From: Longimicrobiales bacterium | Lineage (GTDB): Bacteria; Gemmatimonadota; Gemmatimonadetes; Longimicrobiales; Gaopeijiaceae | Direction of reading: 5' to 3' | Length of the DNA stretch: 64,000 nucleotides | Assembly (NCBI GenBank): GCA_965248195.1 | Contig: CBDFIQ010000002.1 | Coordinates: 1,216,001 to 1,280,000, forward strand | In this document: in pieces, positions 1-9,798 of the stretch | How the letters are laid out: each line of letters begins with the position of its first letter | How positions within the stretch are numbered: position 1 is the stretch's first letter | Translations under genes and position numbers: made by a program | The notes under the pieces: generated by a model | What the model was told of the DNA's origin: nothing | Databases searched by the model: none | Seen by the model: only the letters and a program-made list of their open reading frames with translations

Positions 1-47
1 CTCATGTTGCTCGCGTGGAAGAAGGAGAACGTTATCTTTAAAAAGCC

Positions 48-1844
48 GTGCATACGACTCAGGGCGAGGCACCATTGACCGAACCCCCCCTCGAAATCTC
101 CGACGCGACCCCGGCGGAGCCCGAAGACTGGACGGAGGGCGACGACCTTCCGGTGGTCGAAGTTCGGGGGCTTTTCATTGTGCTCGGCAAGGCCCTTCGG
201 GCGTTTCAACTCTACGACGAAAACAACCCGGTTCGGAAGCGCTTCGTCACGAGCCTTCGTGAGGCCTTCGAGCAGCTGTGGCAGGAAGTGGAGGGCCTCA
301 ACCTGGCGGTTGAGGAGGACCGGATTCTCTTGGTTGGGGAAGAAGTCTATCGGAGCTCTTCCCGCTCGGATTCCCTCGCGTTCCTGCTCTACAAGGACGG
401 CATCTGTGACGTCACCTTTCTCCCGGGCGTCGAGGGCTCGGAGGTCGATAAGATTCTCGGGGTGTTCCAGCGCGCGAAGATGCTCAAGACCGCCGAGGCG
501 GATGACCTTGTGACGATGCTCTGGGAGCAGGATCTCGAGTTCTTCACGTTAAGGTGCGTGGACCAGATCACAGAAGGTGCCGTACTTCCCACGACTCAGG
601 CGGAGGAGGAGCGTGCCGCTTTGGATCAAGTCCTCCAGGGTGAGGCCCAAGACTCCCAGGCCGCGGAGGATGGTGCTGGCGGACAGGCGGACACCGCGGA
701 GGGTAAGCCCCCGCCGCCCAAGATCGGCCAGGATTTCTCGCCGACGCTCTATGCGCTCGATCCCGATGAAAAGGAGCAGCTTCGGCAAGCGTTGGCGTCG
801 GAGATGTCCCGAGATGTGAGGCATGACGTCCTGGCCGCCCTCTTCGACCGATTGGAAGAAGCCGGGTATCCGGACCGCAAATCGGAGATCCTGAAAATCC
901 TTCGCGAACTCCTGCCGAATTTGTTGAGTCGTGGGGCCGTCGAGTACGCGGCAAACGTCCTGGAAGAGTTGGCCGCAGTGCGCGCTGAGCCGGGAGTCCT
1001 GGATGAAGTCCGCCAACGTGAGTGTGATGAGGTCCTGGACGACCTCTCATCTACGGAGACGCTCGAGGAGTTGGTGCGTGCTCTTCAAGATGGGACGATC
1101 GACGTTCCCGTCGACGAATTGGGCCGGCTTCTGAAGTTCCTCCGAGCCGGCGCCCTGCCCGTGCTTCTAGGAGCGGCCGAGCAGGAGGAAATTCCCGGTT
1201 TGAAGGACACACTTCGCGGTGCGGTGCACGGTATCGCCAGCGAGAACCCAGAGGCGGTCCTCGCCCTTCTGGACCACGCGGATCCCGTCGTGACCTCGGG
1301 AGCGGTGCGCCTGATCGGGAGGATGGGTATGGCCGAGGCAGCCCCTTCGCTCGTAGGCCTGATTTCGCATCCGAATACCGACGTCCGGCTCGCCCTCGTC
1401 GAGACGGCGGAGCTGCTCCGGGACGTCACCACCACGGATACGCTCATCGACGCGCTCTCCGACGCCGAACCCGATGTCCGCGTAGCCGCGGCGCGAGCGC
1501 TGGCGACTCTCAGGGTCGAGACGGCAGCGCCGGCGTTGGAGGCGTTGGTGACCGGCAAGAAAATTCGCCAGGCCGATCTCACCGAGAAGATCGCGATTTT
1601 CGAAAGCTACGCGTTGCTCGGCGGAGCCGGCGCCGCTGAGGTTCTGAATGAGCTCCTCAACAAGAAGAATTTTCTCGGACGGCGTGAGCCGTCTCAGATC
1701 CGCGCGTCCGCAGCCCGGGCCTTGGGCAGGGCCGGGCTTCCCGGTGCTCAAGAGACCCTCCGGGCCGCGCACGATGATGCGGATGCCGTCGTCCGCACCG
1801 CGGTGCGTCAGGCCCTCGAGGGAGTCGAGGAGGCGACCGAGTGA
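48..1844 (+). CDS. HEAT-repeat protein with uncharacterised N-terminal domain
   Basis: 598-aa ORF; C-terminal HEAT/PBS-like repeats (LLDHADPVVTSGAVRLIG, ALSDAEPDVRVAAARALA); GTGA overlap with the next gene. Confidence 0.8.
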   Translation: MHTTQGEAPLTEPPLEISDATPAEPEDWTEGDDLPVVEVRGLFIVLGKALRAFQLYDENNPVRKRFVTSLREAFEQLWQEVEGLNLAVEEDRILLVGEEVYRSSSRSDSLAFLLYKDGICDVTFLPGVEGSEVDKILGVFQRAKMLKTAEADDLVTMLWEQDLEFFTLRCVDQITEGAVLPTTQAEEERAALDQVLQGEAQDSQAAEDGAGGQADTAEGKPPPPKIGQDFSPTLYALDPDEKEQLRQALASEMSRDVRHDVLAALFDRLEEAGYPDRKSEILKILRELLPNLLSRGAVEYAANVLEELAAVRAEPGVLDEVRQRECDEVLDDLSSTETLEELVRALQDGTIDVPVDELGRLLKFLRAGALPVLLGAAEQEEIPGLKDTLRGAVHGIASENPEAVLALLDHADPVVTSGAVRLIGRMGMAEAAPSLVGLISHPNTDVRLALVETAELLRDVTTTDTLIDALSDAEPDVRVAAARALATLRVETAAPALEALVTGKKIRQADLTEKIAIFESYALLGGAGAAEVLNELLNKKNFLGRREPSQIRASAARALGRAGLPGAQETLRAAHDDADAVVRTAVRQALEGVEEATE

Positions 1845-3247
1845 GTTCGCTCCACGACACGGTCAACATTCAGGAAATGGGCGGAAAGCTGCTCACCGCG
1901 ATCTATGTCGTGCTGCGGTCGATGCGCCTTTATCCGCTCGAGAACGTGCAGGTCCAGCAGGCGATAGACGACCTGCACGCACAGATGGTCACCTTCCTGG
2001 ACAGTGAAGGGGCGTTCGAGCTCAATATCTCCGGTGACTTTTTTTTCCTCAACGAGGCCCGGCTGCGGCTTGACCTATCCAACTTCTCGACCTTCGGAAA
2101 CCTGGCGTCCGTGCTGACGGGTCATGGCATCGGGGAGGTCGTCGTGGTGCCGGGCGTGGACCGTGAGGAATGGGGCCCCTTCCTCGCTCTTTTCTTGGCG
2201 AATCCGGAGGACGATCCCTTCTCGGCCTTCATTGACTTGTTGAGCCAGACGCCGGCGGAGCATATCGAGGTCCGGCCTCCGGCAGAGTCTCAGGAACCCG
2301 AAATGGTCGAGCGGGATGCGCTCGTTGAAGCCAAGGGAACGTACGCCCAGTCCGTTAAGGTGGCGAAGGACGTGCTCACCGGCGTACGCCTAGGGAAGGC
2401 GGTGAATGTCCGTAAGGTGAAGCGCGCCGTTCAGGGCATCGTCGACCAAGTCCTCGACAATGAGTCGTCGATGGTGACCATGACGACGCTTCGCGGATTC
2501 GACGAATACACGTTCACACACTCGGTGAACGTCTGCATCTTCAGCGTCGTCATCGGACAACGGCTCGGGTTCACGAAATTGCAGCTGTACGACCTGGGTC
2601 TCGGTGCGCTACTCCATGATATCGGCAAGATGCGGGTGGACACCGAGGTCATAAACAAGACCGGCGGACTGACGGAGGAGGAGTGGACCCAGCTCAAGGA
2701 TCATCCCACAGAGGGGCTGCTCCTCCTGTTCGAGATGCGTGGCTTTACCGATGTGCCGTTCCGCCAAATGCTCATGGCCTACGAGCACCATATGAAGATC
2801 GATCTTTCGGGGTATCCTCAGAACGAACGCACCCGGGAGCTCGGGCTGTTCTCACGGATCGCCGCGGTGGCGGACGGCTTCGACGCGGGGACTTCAGTGC
2901 GGAGTTATCAGTACGAGCCTTGGCCTCCGGATGAGGTGCTCAAGGAAATGAGGGACAACCCCCGGCGTGGATTCGATCAACTGATCGTGAAGGCCCTTAT
3001 CACGTCGACCGGTGTGTACCCGGTCGGCACGTTGGTGATTCTGGACACGCATGAGTTGGCTGTCGTATCCAAGACTCATTCGGAGATCGAGCACCTCCAC
3101 CGTCCCATGGTAAAGGTGATCTCTGATCCCAAGGGTGGGCCGTTGAAAACGCCCGTCACGCTAGACCTTTCTCTCGGCGAGCGAACCATCGTGAGGACGA
3201 CGGACGCACAAAAATATGGCATCCGCGTCAGCGACTACCTCATCTGA
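1841..3247 (+). CDS. HD-GYP domain protein (putative cyclic dinucleotide phosphodiesterase)
   Basis: Motifs YTFTHSVNV, LLHDIGK, HP-x-x-G, HH-x-x-x-DLSGYP, IAAVADGFDA, GVYPVGTLV. Confidence 0.88.
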   Translation: MSSLHDTVNIQEMGGKLLTAIYVVLRSMRLYPLENVQVQQAIDDLHAQMVTFLDSEGAFELNISGDFFFLNEARLRLDLSNFSTFGNLASVLTGHGIGEVVVVPGVDREEWGPFLALFLANPEDDPFSAFIDLLSQTPAEHIEVRPPAESQEPEMVERDALVEAKGTYAQSVKVAKDVLTGVRLGKAVNVRKVKRAVQGIVDQVLDNESSMVTMTTLRGFDEYTFTHSVNVCIFSVVIGQRLGFTKLQLYDLGLGALLHDIGKMRVDTEVINKTGGLTEEEWTQLKDHPTEGLLLLFEMRGFTDVPFRQMLMAYEHHMKIDLSGYPQNERTRELGLFSRIAAVADGFDAGTSVRSYQYEPWPPDEVLKEMRDNPRRGFDQLIVKALITSTGVYPVGTLVILDTHELAVVSKTHSEIEHLHRPMVKVISDPKGGPLKTPVTLDLSLGERTIVRTTDAQKYGIRVSDYLI

Positions 3248-3277
3248 GTTCCATCCTCTGCACCCGTTTCGAGTCCT

Positions 3278-4084
3278 ATGCCGAGTATCTCTGAGAAGTT
3301 TGCCGAGTGCCGGAACGAGGGGCGGGCCGCCCTGGTTCCGTACGTGACTTCCGGATTTCCGTCCCGTTCCGCAACGGTAGACGTGTTGGCGGGCCTAGCG
3401 GAGGCGGGGGGCGACGTGCTGGAGCTCGGGATCCCGTTCAGTGACCCCCTCGCGGATGGCCCGACCATCCAGGAGTCCACGTTCCGGGCCCTCGAGGGGG
3501 GTATGACGGTCGAGGGCACCCTCGAGGTGCTTGCGGAGTTCAGGCGCGGGTCGGACACCCCGATCGTTCTCTTCAGCTACCTGAATCCAGTCCTCCGGTA
3601 CGGCGTCGAGGCGTTTCTCGCAGATGCGGAACAGGCAGGGGCGCAAGGGTTGCTTCTCACCGATGTTCCTACCGGTGCCGACCCGCAGGTCGAGGACGCC
3701 ATCCTCGCTTCTGCCCTGGACCTGATCCGCCTGATCGCTCCAACGACCCTACCGGAGCGTGCTTCGGCGATCGGAGAGACCGGACAGGGATTCCTCTATT
3801 ACATCTCCAGGACGGGAGTGACGGGGGCTCGTGAAGCCTTGGCCGAAGATTTAGAGGAAGAGGTGAGTGCTCTCCGCAAAGTCGTCGAGCTTCCGGTGGC
3901 GGTGGGTTTCGGGATCTCAACGCCCGAACAGGCGGCGTTGATTAGTGATGTCGCCGACGGCGTGGTCGTGGGCAGCGCGCTGATCCAGGCCTTGGACGAG
4001 GGCGGTCCGGAGGGTGCGGGGGCGTTCCTCGCCACCTTGCGGGCCGCCATGGACCAGGTGTCGACGGAGCGGGAGCTGCCCTAG
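3278..4084 (+). CDS. trpA: Tryptophan synthase alpha subunit
   Basis: LELGIPFSDPLADGPTIQ, YYISRTGVTGAR, VGFGISTPEQ, ADGVVVGSA. Confidence 0.97.
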   Translation: MPSISEKFAECRNEGRAALVPYVTSGFPSRSATVDVLAGLAEAGGDVLELGIPFSDPLADGPTIQESTFRALEGGMTVEGTLEVLAEFRRGSDTPIVLFSYLNPVLRYGVEAFLADAEQAGAQGLLLTDVPTGADPQVEDAILASALDLIRLIAPTTLPERASAIGETGQGFLYYISRTGVTGAREALAEDLEEEVSALRKVVELPVAVGFGISTPEQAALISDVADGVVVGSALIQALDEGGPEGAGAFLATLRAAMDQVSTERELP

Positions 4085-5763
4085 AGGGGTGTCTTGCGGC
4101 TCTTGAGCCGATCCAGAAGCGAGGGATCGGGTGCGACGAAGAGCGTCTTTGCACGATCCAGCTGGACACTGCCCGGAGGAGCCTTTCTGGGCTTACGCAC
4201 GTACTTCCTTCTCGTCCAATCGACCGGCACACTTCCGGAGGTTCGTGCCTTGGAGTGCAGAGCGGCGAGATTCGCTGCCTGCTCCAGATCCCGAGCCGGC
4301 GGCGTCTCTCCCGCGTTCCACCGGAGTACGACGTGTGCACCTGCCGAATGTCTCGCATGAAGCCAAATGTCGTTGGGTGCAGAGTGCTTGAACGTCAGTT
4401 GATCGTTGGCTTTGGATCCGCGTCCGACCCGCACTTCCAACCCCCCGGACGTCCAATAACGCTGGTAGGGAAGGGTGGGTTCGGGGGCGCTCGCTGTTCC
4501 TCGACCACCGGTTTCGGACTCGGAAAGCACCTTGCGGATCGCGTCCGTGGAGGCGTCGCCTGCTCGAACCCGGTCCAGAAGCCCGCTCAGTTCGACGACG
4601 TGGGACTCTGCCTCCTGGATCAAAGCCGGTAATCTCGCCCGCGCCCGCTCGGCCCGCCCCCCACGGTCGTAGAAGCGCTCGGCATTCCCCTGTGGAGAGA
4701 GCGCGGGATCGAGAACGATCGTCTCTGAGGTGCCCTCGAAGTCAGGAAGGGTCACCTCAGCGGCTCCTTTTCTCACGAGGTGTAGGTGCGCGAGAATCAT
4801 GTCTCCCTGGATGCGGAGTGCTTGTGGGTCTGGGGTGGCTCCGAGTTCTCGGTTGAGCTTGTTCCGTTTCTTGCGAACCGCGCGGAGGGCGTCCTCCAGG
4901 GCGTTCGTCCATCGGGAGGGGGTCAGTATCGCGGCGGCGCCCGCCGCGGCCCGTCGGACCCCCTCGACGGCTTCAAGGAGCGTTTCCGAGGTCCGGCGAC
5001 CGTACCCTGGCAACTCGACTGGATAGGGTTGGTCTCCCCACTCGCATTCGAGGATGTACGCCGGTCCCGGGGACCGGCCGGTGTCTGCGCCGAGACCGCT
5101 CGCTCTCAGGTTCAGCCAGCGCTCGTAGCCGGTCTCTAGCGACGCGCTCCCGCTCGGTCCGTCCGTGCCGCCCAGGAGTGCGGGGGCGTTGACGGGGGAC
5201 GTGAACGCGACCTCGTGAAGCAGCCGGCGCCCTCTCGCTTTCAGCGTCTCCTCGGGTTCGAGGATCTCGAGCCAATCCTGAAGGCTCAGAGGCGTTTCCA
5301 CGCCGCGCCTTTCCGAGAGCGGCTTTGGGTAGGGACTTCCAATCCGGGGCGCCCGCGTCCCCGAGCGTGGCACCAGAATATGCCTGACCGTCCACTCCTC
5401 TCCCTCGACCACGGTAGCATTGCTCCGGCCGGGTACGAATTCGACGACGATCCGGATTGTGCCTCCCCGTCCACGGATCCGCGTCAACACGAAGACGAGG
5501 ACCCTCTCGTCCGGTATGTGCTCGACCGCTGCCAGTGTACACGGGAAAGTGCGGCTCCCGTCCGGAGGCTCGGACTTGTCGAGTACCTCCACGCCGAGGC
5601 TGGAAGGCGCTAGATCGATAAACACGGTCACGTCGCGAAAGTAGGTGTGGAGAGTCCCGGCGCCGTGATCCAGAAAGATCCCCTTGAGGCGCGCTCCCGA
5701 CAGGGCGTCGCTCAGTTCGGCGGCTATCGCGGCGGTCAAAATCGGATCCCATCGCATCGTCAT
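4081..5763 (-). CDS. rqcH: NFACT family protein (RqcH/Rqc2, ribosome quality control)
   Basis: LDPALSPQGNAERFY; NFACT-R domain VGRGSKANDQLT, DIWLHARHSAGAHVV, VDWTRRKYVRKPRKAPPGSV; start could instead be GTG 5793. Confidence 0.85.
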   Translation of the reverse strand: MTMRWDPILTAAIAAELSDALSGARLKGIFLDHGAGTLHTYFRDVTVFIDLAPSSLGVEVLDKSEPPDGSRTFPCTLAAVEHIPDERVLVFVLTRIRGRGGTIRIVVEFVPGRSNATVVEGEEWTVRHILVPRSGTRAPRIGSPYPKPLSERRGVETPLSLQDWLEILEPEETLKARGRRLLHEVAFTSPVNAPALLGGTDGPSGSASLETGYERWLNLRASGLGADTGRSPGPAYILECEWGDQPYPVELPGYGRRTSETLLEAVEGVRRAAAGAAAILTPSRWTNALEDALRAVRKKRNKLNRELGATPDPQALRIQGDMILAHLHLVRKGAAEVTLPDFEGTSETIVLDPALSPQGNAERFYDRGGRAERARARLPALIQEAESHVVELSGLLDRVRAGDASTDAIRKVLSESETGGRGTASAPEPTLPYQRYWTSGGLEVRVGRGSKANDQLTFKHSAPNDIWLHARHSAGAHVVLRWNAGETPPARDLEQAANLAALHSKARTSGSVPVDWTRRKYVRKPRKAPPGSVQLDRAKTLFVAPDPSLLDRLKSRKTPL

Positions 5764-5885
5764 CGACCGAAGATAGCGGAGAAGCGAGGGCACGCCTGGC
5801 CGTTTGGTGGGGCCACGGCTAGCTTGGCGCCGTCAGCCTGCGAATGACAAGACTTCGAGCGATGCCCGAACGCACAACCCAGCGT

Positions 5886-6188
5886 GAAGGCTATTGAAGG
5901 AGTACAGCGGGTCGCGCACAGGGCGCTTGTGCGCGTTCAGACAAGGAACGACGACGAGGCGTAGCAACGCTACTCCGAGGAGGAGAGACGCAGGATCAAC
6001 CGCACAACCGCCCTGTGCCCTCCACCATTTATGGCATAAGCTTACACGCTGATGGGTTGCGGTGGCACGGCCCCATCTCCGTTGTTGGAGTTCCTAGCCA
6101 TAGCTACGGCTATGGCGTCGTCGCTCCGCCTAGGAGCTAGGACCGTGGCATCCGCAACGCGGCCCACTGTACTCCTTCAATAGCCTTC
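5886..6188. mobile_element. MITE-like non-autonomous element with terminal inverted repeats and nested hairpins
   Basis: Perfect 22-bp IR gaaggctattgaaggagtacag (5886-5907) / ctgtactccttcaatagccttc (6167-6188), extendable to 31 bp with 2 mismatches; internal stems; partial copies elsewhere in the window. Confidence 0.75.
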
Positions 6189-6228
6189 TAATGAGCGAGA
6201 CCACACCGATGCCTGCTGGCAGGTGGGC

Positions 6229-6834
6229 ATGAGCGAACTCCATCCCTGGGTCGCGGCGGCGGCTACGGGTGTGCTTCCTGATTGGGCCGTCGCACGGAAA
6301 AAACGCCGGGCGCACATGGCGCGGGTGGCGGAGCTGCTGCGGGAGTGGGGCGAGGTCCGGTGTGATCACCCGCGGGACGTCGAGCGTTGGACCGCAGTGG
6401 GTTATCTTCATGACGTCTTGCGCGACGCGGATCCGGATGACCTCCGTGCCGGGCTATCGAGGCCCCTGGACCAGCTGCCGGACGAAGTTGTCCACGGTCC
6501 GGCCGCGGCGGATCGGCTCCGCCGGGGCGGCGTCACGGACGAACCTTTTCTTACCGCAATCGCGTGCCACACGCTGGGAAGTCCAGACTTCAATGACATC
6601 GGAAAAGCACTTTATGTGGCGGATTTCCTCGAGCCTGGGCGTAAGCTTCAGCCCAAGTGGAGGGCTCGGCTGCGCAATGAAATGCCCGAGGGCCTCGATG
6701 CTGTGGCCAAGGCCGTGGTAGGGAAACGGATTCAGTTTCTGATCAAGAAAGGGCGTCCCGTGCCGCCGGAGACGCTCGGACTGTGGAACGTTCTGGCGAA
6801 GGGGAGGCTATGGGCGAGCGCCTCCGAGGTCTAA
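6229..6834 (+). CDS. YqeK-like HD-domain hydrolase (putative Ap4A hydrolase)
   Basis: RRAHMARV, YLHDVL, HGPAAA, IACHT, LYVADFLEPGR match the YqeK pattern. Confidence 0.75.
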   Translation: MSELHPWVAAAATGVLPDWAVARKKRRAHMARVAELLREWGEVRCDHPRDVERWTAVGYLHDVLRDADPDDLRAGLSRPLDQLPDEVVHGPAAADRLRRGGVTDEPFLTAIACHTLGSPDFNDIGKALYVADFLEPGRKLQPKWRARLRNEMPEGLDAVAKAVVGKRIQFLIKKGRPVPPETLGLWNVLAKGRLWASASEV

Positions 6835-7298
6835 TCGTCCCCGGTGTCGTATTGGCCGTGGGAATCTTCATCGGATCGGCCGTGTCGCAGTGGAACCCTT
6901 TGCCCCAGCAGGAGATCGTCGCGCCGCCGCCCCGGAATTCCACTGCCGCGGGGTTGGGTCGTGTGCGTGTGGAGGTACTCAACGCGGGGGGGGAGGAGGA
7001 CATGGCTCGCCGCGCTACCGACCACCTTCGGGACCGAGGTTTCGACGTCGTCTACTTCGGAAATGCCGAGACCTTCGGGCAGGACTCCACTCTGGTACTC
7101 GACCGGGCGGGAAGGCCGAGAGCGGCGGCGGCGGTCGGGCAAGCGCTCGGTACGCACTGGATCGAGAGCCGGCCCGATGCGAACCTTTACCTCGATGTCA
7201 CCGTACTGCTGGGTAGTGGATGGGTTCCCCAAGTGAACGGGGACGACGGTGAAGCGGGTGGGGTTCCTTGGTGGGACGTGCGCAGGTTCCTACGATAA
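6810..7298 (+). CDS. LytR C-terminal domain protein with N-terminal TM helix
   Basis: VRVEVLNAGG, GFDVVYFGNA, DVTVLLGSGW; RBS ggggagg before ATG 6810. Confidence 0.85.
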   Translation: MGERLRGLIVPGVVLAVGIFIGSAVSQWNPLPQQEIVAPPPRNSTAAGLGRVRVEVLNAGGEEDMARRATDHLRDRGFDVVYFGNAETFGQDSTLVLDRAGRPRAAAAVGQALGTHWIESRPDANLYLDVTVLLGSGWVPQVNGDDGEAGGVPWWDVRRFLR

Positions 7299-7305
7299 AT
7301 CGACT

Positions 7306-8094
7306 ATGGCCAAAAAAAATCGACGACATAGCGGTGGCTTGAGTGAGGCCGGTGGAGGTGGCCCTGCAGAAGGGAATCCCCCGGACGCGAAGTCAAAGGA
7401 GAAGACCAAGGCACCCGAGGGTGCGGTCATGGAATGGGCCAAGTCGCTCCTTGTGGCCGCGGTCCTCTTCGTGGTGATTCGCACTTTCGTTCTGCAGACC
7501 TTCGTGATCACGTCAGGGTCCATGGAGGAGGCTCTTCTGATCGGGGATTTCCTGATCGCGAATCGGGCGGCCGTGGGTGTCCGAATTCCCGGTACACGTG
7601 TTCGGCTCCCCGGGTACTCCTCAGTGCGACGTGGGGACGTCCTGGTTTTCGATCCACCGCATGAGCCCGACCTCAAGCTGGTCAAGCGCCTCATCGGCGT
7701 TCCGGGAGATACCGTCTCCATGAAGGACGGCGTGCTTACGATCGACGGGAAAATCCAGGGCGAGCCGTACGTCAAACATGTGGATCCCGTGGGCGACGAC
7801 CCGCACCCGTGGATGGCGTGGCAGACGGAGCATCTGGTCGCTGCGGTACCGAGAGCGACCTACCAGCCAACACGGGACAACTGGGGTCCTCTCGTGATCC
7901 CGGAGGACCGGTACTTCATGCTGGGAGACAACCGAGACACGAGCCTCGATTCCCGGTACTGGGGATTGCTCGAGGGTTGGCGGCTCGAGGGGCGGGCCTC
8001 GGTGATTTACTTCTCTTATAACAAAGGCTCATTCAGGCCGTTTCCCTGGCTTCGTGAGATCCGTCTCGGTCGGGTCTTTTCCCGCATACGCTGA
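7306..8094 (+). CDS. lepB: Signal peptidase I
   Basis: TM helix then ITSGSMEE (catalytic Ser), LVKRLIGVPGD (Lys), YFMLGDNRDTSLDSRYWG. Confidence 0.95.
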   Translation: MAKKNRRHSGGLSEAGGGGPAEGNPPDAKSKEKTKAPEGAVMEWAKSLLVAAVLFVVIRTFVLQTFVITSGSMEEALLIGDFLIANRAAVGVRIPGTRVRLPGYSSVRRGDVLVFDPPHEPDLKLVKRLIGVPGDTVSMKDGVLTIDGKIQGEPYVKHVDPVGDDPHPWMAWQTEHLVAAVPRATYQPTRDNWGPLVIPEDRYFMLGDNRDTSLDSRYWGLLEGWRLEGRASVIYFSYNKGSFRPFPWLREIRLGRVFSRIR

Positions 8095-9192
8095 GGCAGC
8101 CTCAGTGCGCCCGCCGGCGTCCGGCATTCGCCGGGAATCAGCCTCCCTCCTGTTCGCCCGAAGCTGGCCGCACGCCGCTTCGATGTCCCGTCCGCGTGGA
8201 ACCCGAACGGCCACGGATACACCTCGGGCTTCGAGTACCGAGCGAAACTCCTCGATGCGTTCTCCCCGGCTCGCCCTCCAGTCTTGGTAGGGAATGGGAT
8301 TGTAGGGGATCAGGTTCACGAAGGCATCGACCGACGAGGCGAGGTCCGCCAGGCCCGAAGCCAAACGCGAGTCGTCGTTGATACCCCGTATCATCGTGTA
8401 CTCGAACGTGATCCTCCGTCCGCCGGCTCGGTCGAACCGAACCAGGGCCGCCATGAGTTCCTCGAGTGAGTGTCGCTTCTCTAGGGGAATCAGTTGGCTC
8501 CGAAGCTCGGGCTCGGGCGCGTGGAGGGAAACGGCCAGTCGAAACTGCTCTGGTCGCTCAGCCAATTCGAGGATGCCTGGAACCACGCCGACCGTCGACA
8601 CTGTGATCCGCCGGGCGCCGACGCCGTAACCCCGGTTGAGAATGGTCAGGGACGGGTGAAGCGCCGTTCGATTACTCAGGGGCTCCCCCATTCCCATATA
8701 TACGATGTTGGAAATCCGCCCGTAGCCGTGGTCGAGGGCCCACCTCCGGGAGGCCCGGTATTGGGACACGATCTCGCCGGCGGTGAGTTGGCGCTGAAAT
8801 CCGGCCCAACCGGTTGCGCAGAATGTGCATCCCATCGCGCAACCAGCCTGAGACGAAAGGCAGAGGGTCAAACGGTCGGTCGTGGGGATCAGGACGGATT
8901 CCACGAGTTCTCCGTCCGGGAGCCGCCAGAGGTGCTTGACGGTCCCGTCCGAGGAGCGGGATACGGTATCGGGGGTAGGCTCCAAAAGGGAGAATGCGGC
9001 GTCGAGTGCCTCGCGCTCGGCTACGGGAAGATTGGTCATCCCGGCGATCGTGGGGACACATTCTTCGAAGACCCACTTCTGGACCTGCTGTACTCGGTAA
9101 GAGGGTTGGCCCCGGGCCGTGAAATGCTCAGCCAAAGCGGTCTCGGCCTCGTCGGGCGGAAGGCTGAGGAGATCCCTTTTCGCGTTGAGCAT
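8029..9192 (-). CDS. rlmN: 23S rRNA/tRNA m2A methyltransferase RlmN (radical SAM)
   Basis: CLSSQAGCAMGCTFCATG, NIVYMGMGEPL, DIEAACGQL. Confidence 0.95.
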   Translation of the reverse strand: MLNAKRDLLSLPPDEAETALAEHFTARGQPSYRVQQVQKWVFEECVPTIAGMTNLPVAEREALDAAFSLLEPTPDTVSRSSDGTVKHLWRLPDGELVESVLIPTTDRLTLCLSSQAGCAMGCTFCATGWAGFQRQLTAGEIVSQYRASRRWALDHGYGRISNIVYMGMGEPLSNRTALHPSLTILNRGYGVGARRITVSTVGVVPGILELAERPEQFRLAVSLHAPEPELRSQLIPLEKRHSLEELMAALVRFDRAGGRRITFEYTMIRGINDDSRLASGLADLASSVDAFVNLIPYNPIPYQDWRASRGERIEEFRSVLEARGVSVAVRVPRGRDIEAACGQLRANRREADSRRMPDAGGRTEAASAYAGKDPTETDLTKPGKRPE

Positions 9193-9330
9193 GGATGGTG
9201 TCCTTCGGGCCGGAGCCGCCCGATTGGTTGGGAGTCACCGTGGGCGGTAGACCGGTAAGATAACGCCATACGGTGAAGCGTACGACGATTTCTTGTATCG
9301 CCCAGATGCCAAGGTTAAACTTGAAGCGTT

Positions 9331-9359
9331 CCCGCTGTACTTCTTCAACAGCCTCCTAG
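9331..9359. repeat. Solo copy of the MITE terminal repeat
   Basis: cccgctgtacttcttcaacagcctccta vs cccactgtactccttcaatagccttcta at 6163-6190. Confidence 0.6.
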
Positions 9360-9396
9360 AGGAGGGCCGGATACTGTATCCGCTGTCGAACATTCA

Positions 9397-9798
9397 GTGA
9401 TGGGTCAGGTTTTCAGCTGGGGGCCGGCCGCTCTCTGGGCGGCGGTCCTCTTTTTGTTGAGCGAATGGTCCGGGCCGGTCGGCGGTCTGCCGCTCGGGGC
9501 CGACAAGTTGGTCCATGGGGGTCTCTTCTTGATTCTGGGCTTGTCTCTCGCATGGGGAAAAGGGAGGACGGGATCCGGCGTTTCGGGGCTCGTGTTCCTA
9601 CTCATGGGTGTGGGGTACGGCGCGTTGGATGAATGGCATCAGAGCTTCATTCCGGGCCGGGACGCCAGTGTGGGTGACTGGGTGGCGGACAGCGCAGGCG
9701 TGATGCTCGGTTTGGTGTTGTTCACGAGCTTCTCGTCCCGGTTCCGGAAAAATAGGCGGTCGCCGAGCGAGGGCACAACGGAATCAGCCCAATCATGA
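9397..9798 (+). CDS. VanZ family membrane protein
   Basis: DKLVHGGLF, YGALDEWHQSFIPGRDASVGDWVAD. Confidence 0.88.
   Translation: MMGQVFSWGPAALWAAVLFLLSEWSGPVGGLPLGADKLVHGGLFLILGLSLAWGKGRTGSGVSGLVFLLMGVGYGALDEWHQSFIPGRDASVGDWVADSAGVMLGLVLFTSFSSRFRKNRRSPSEGTTESAQS

Noticed and set aside
6986..6993. G8 run in the LytR-C gene as a phase-variation tract
   Set aside because: In frame and encodes the conserved NAGG motif
8029..8094. 66-bp convergent overlap of lepB and rlmN
   Set aside because: Explained by a non-conserved low-complexity RlmN tail after the AACGQL motif
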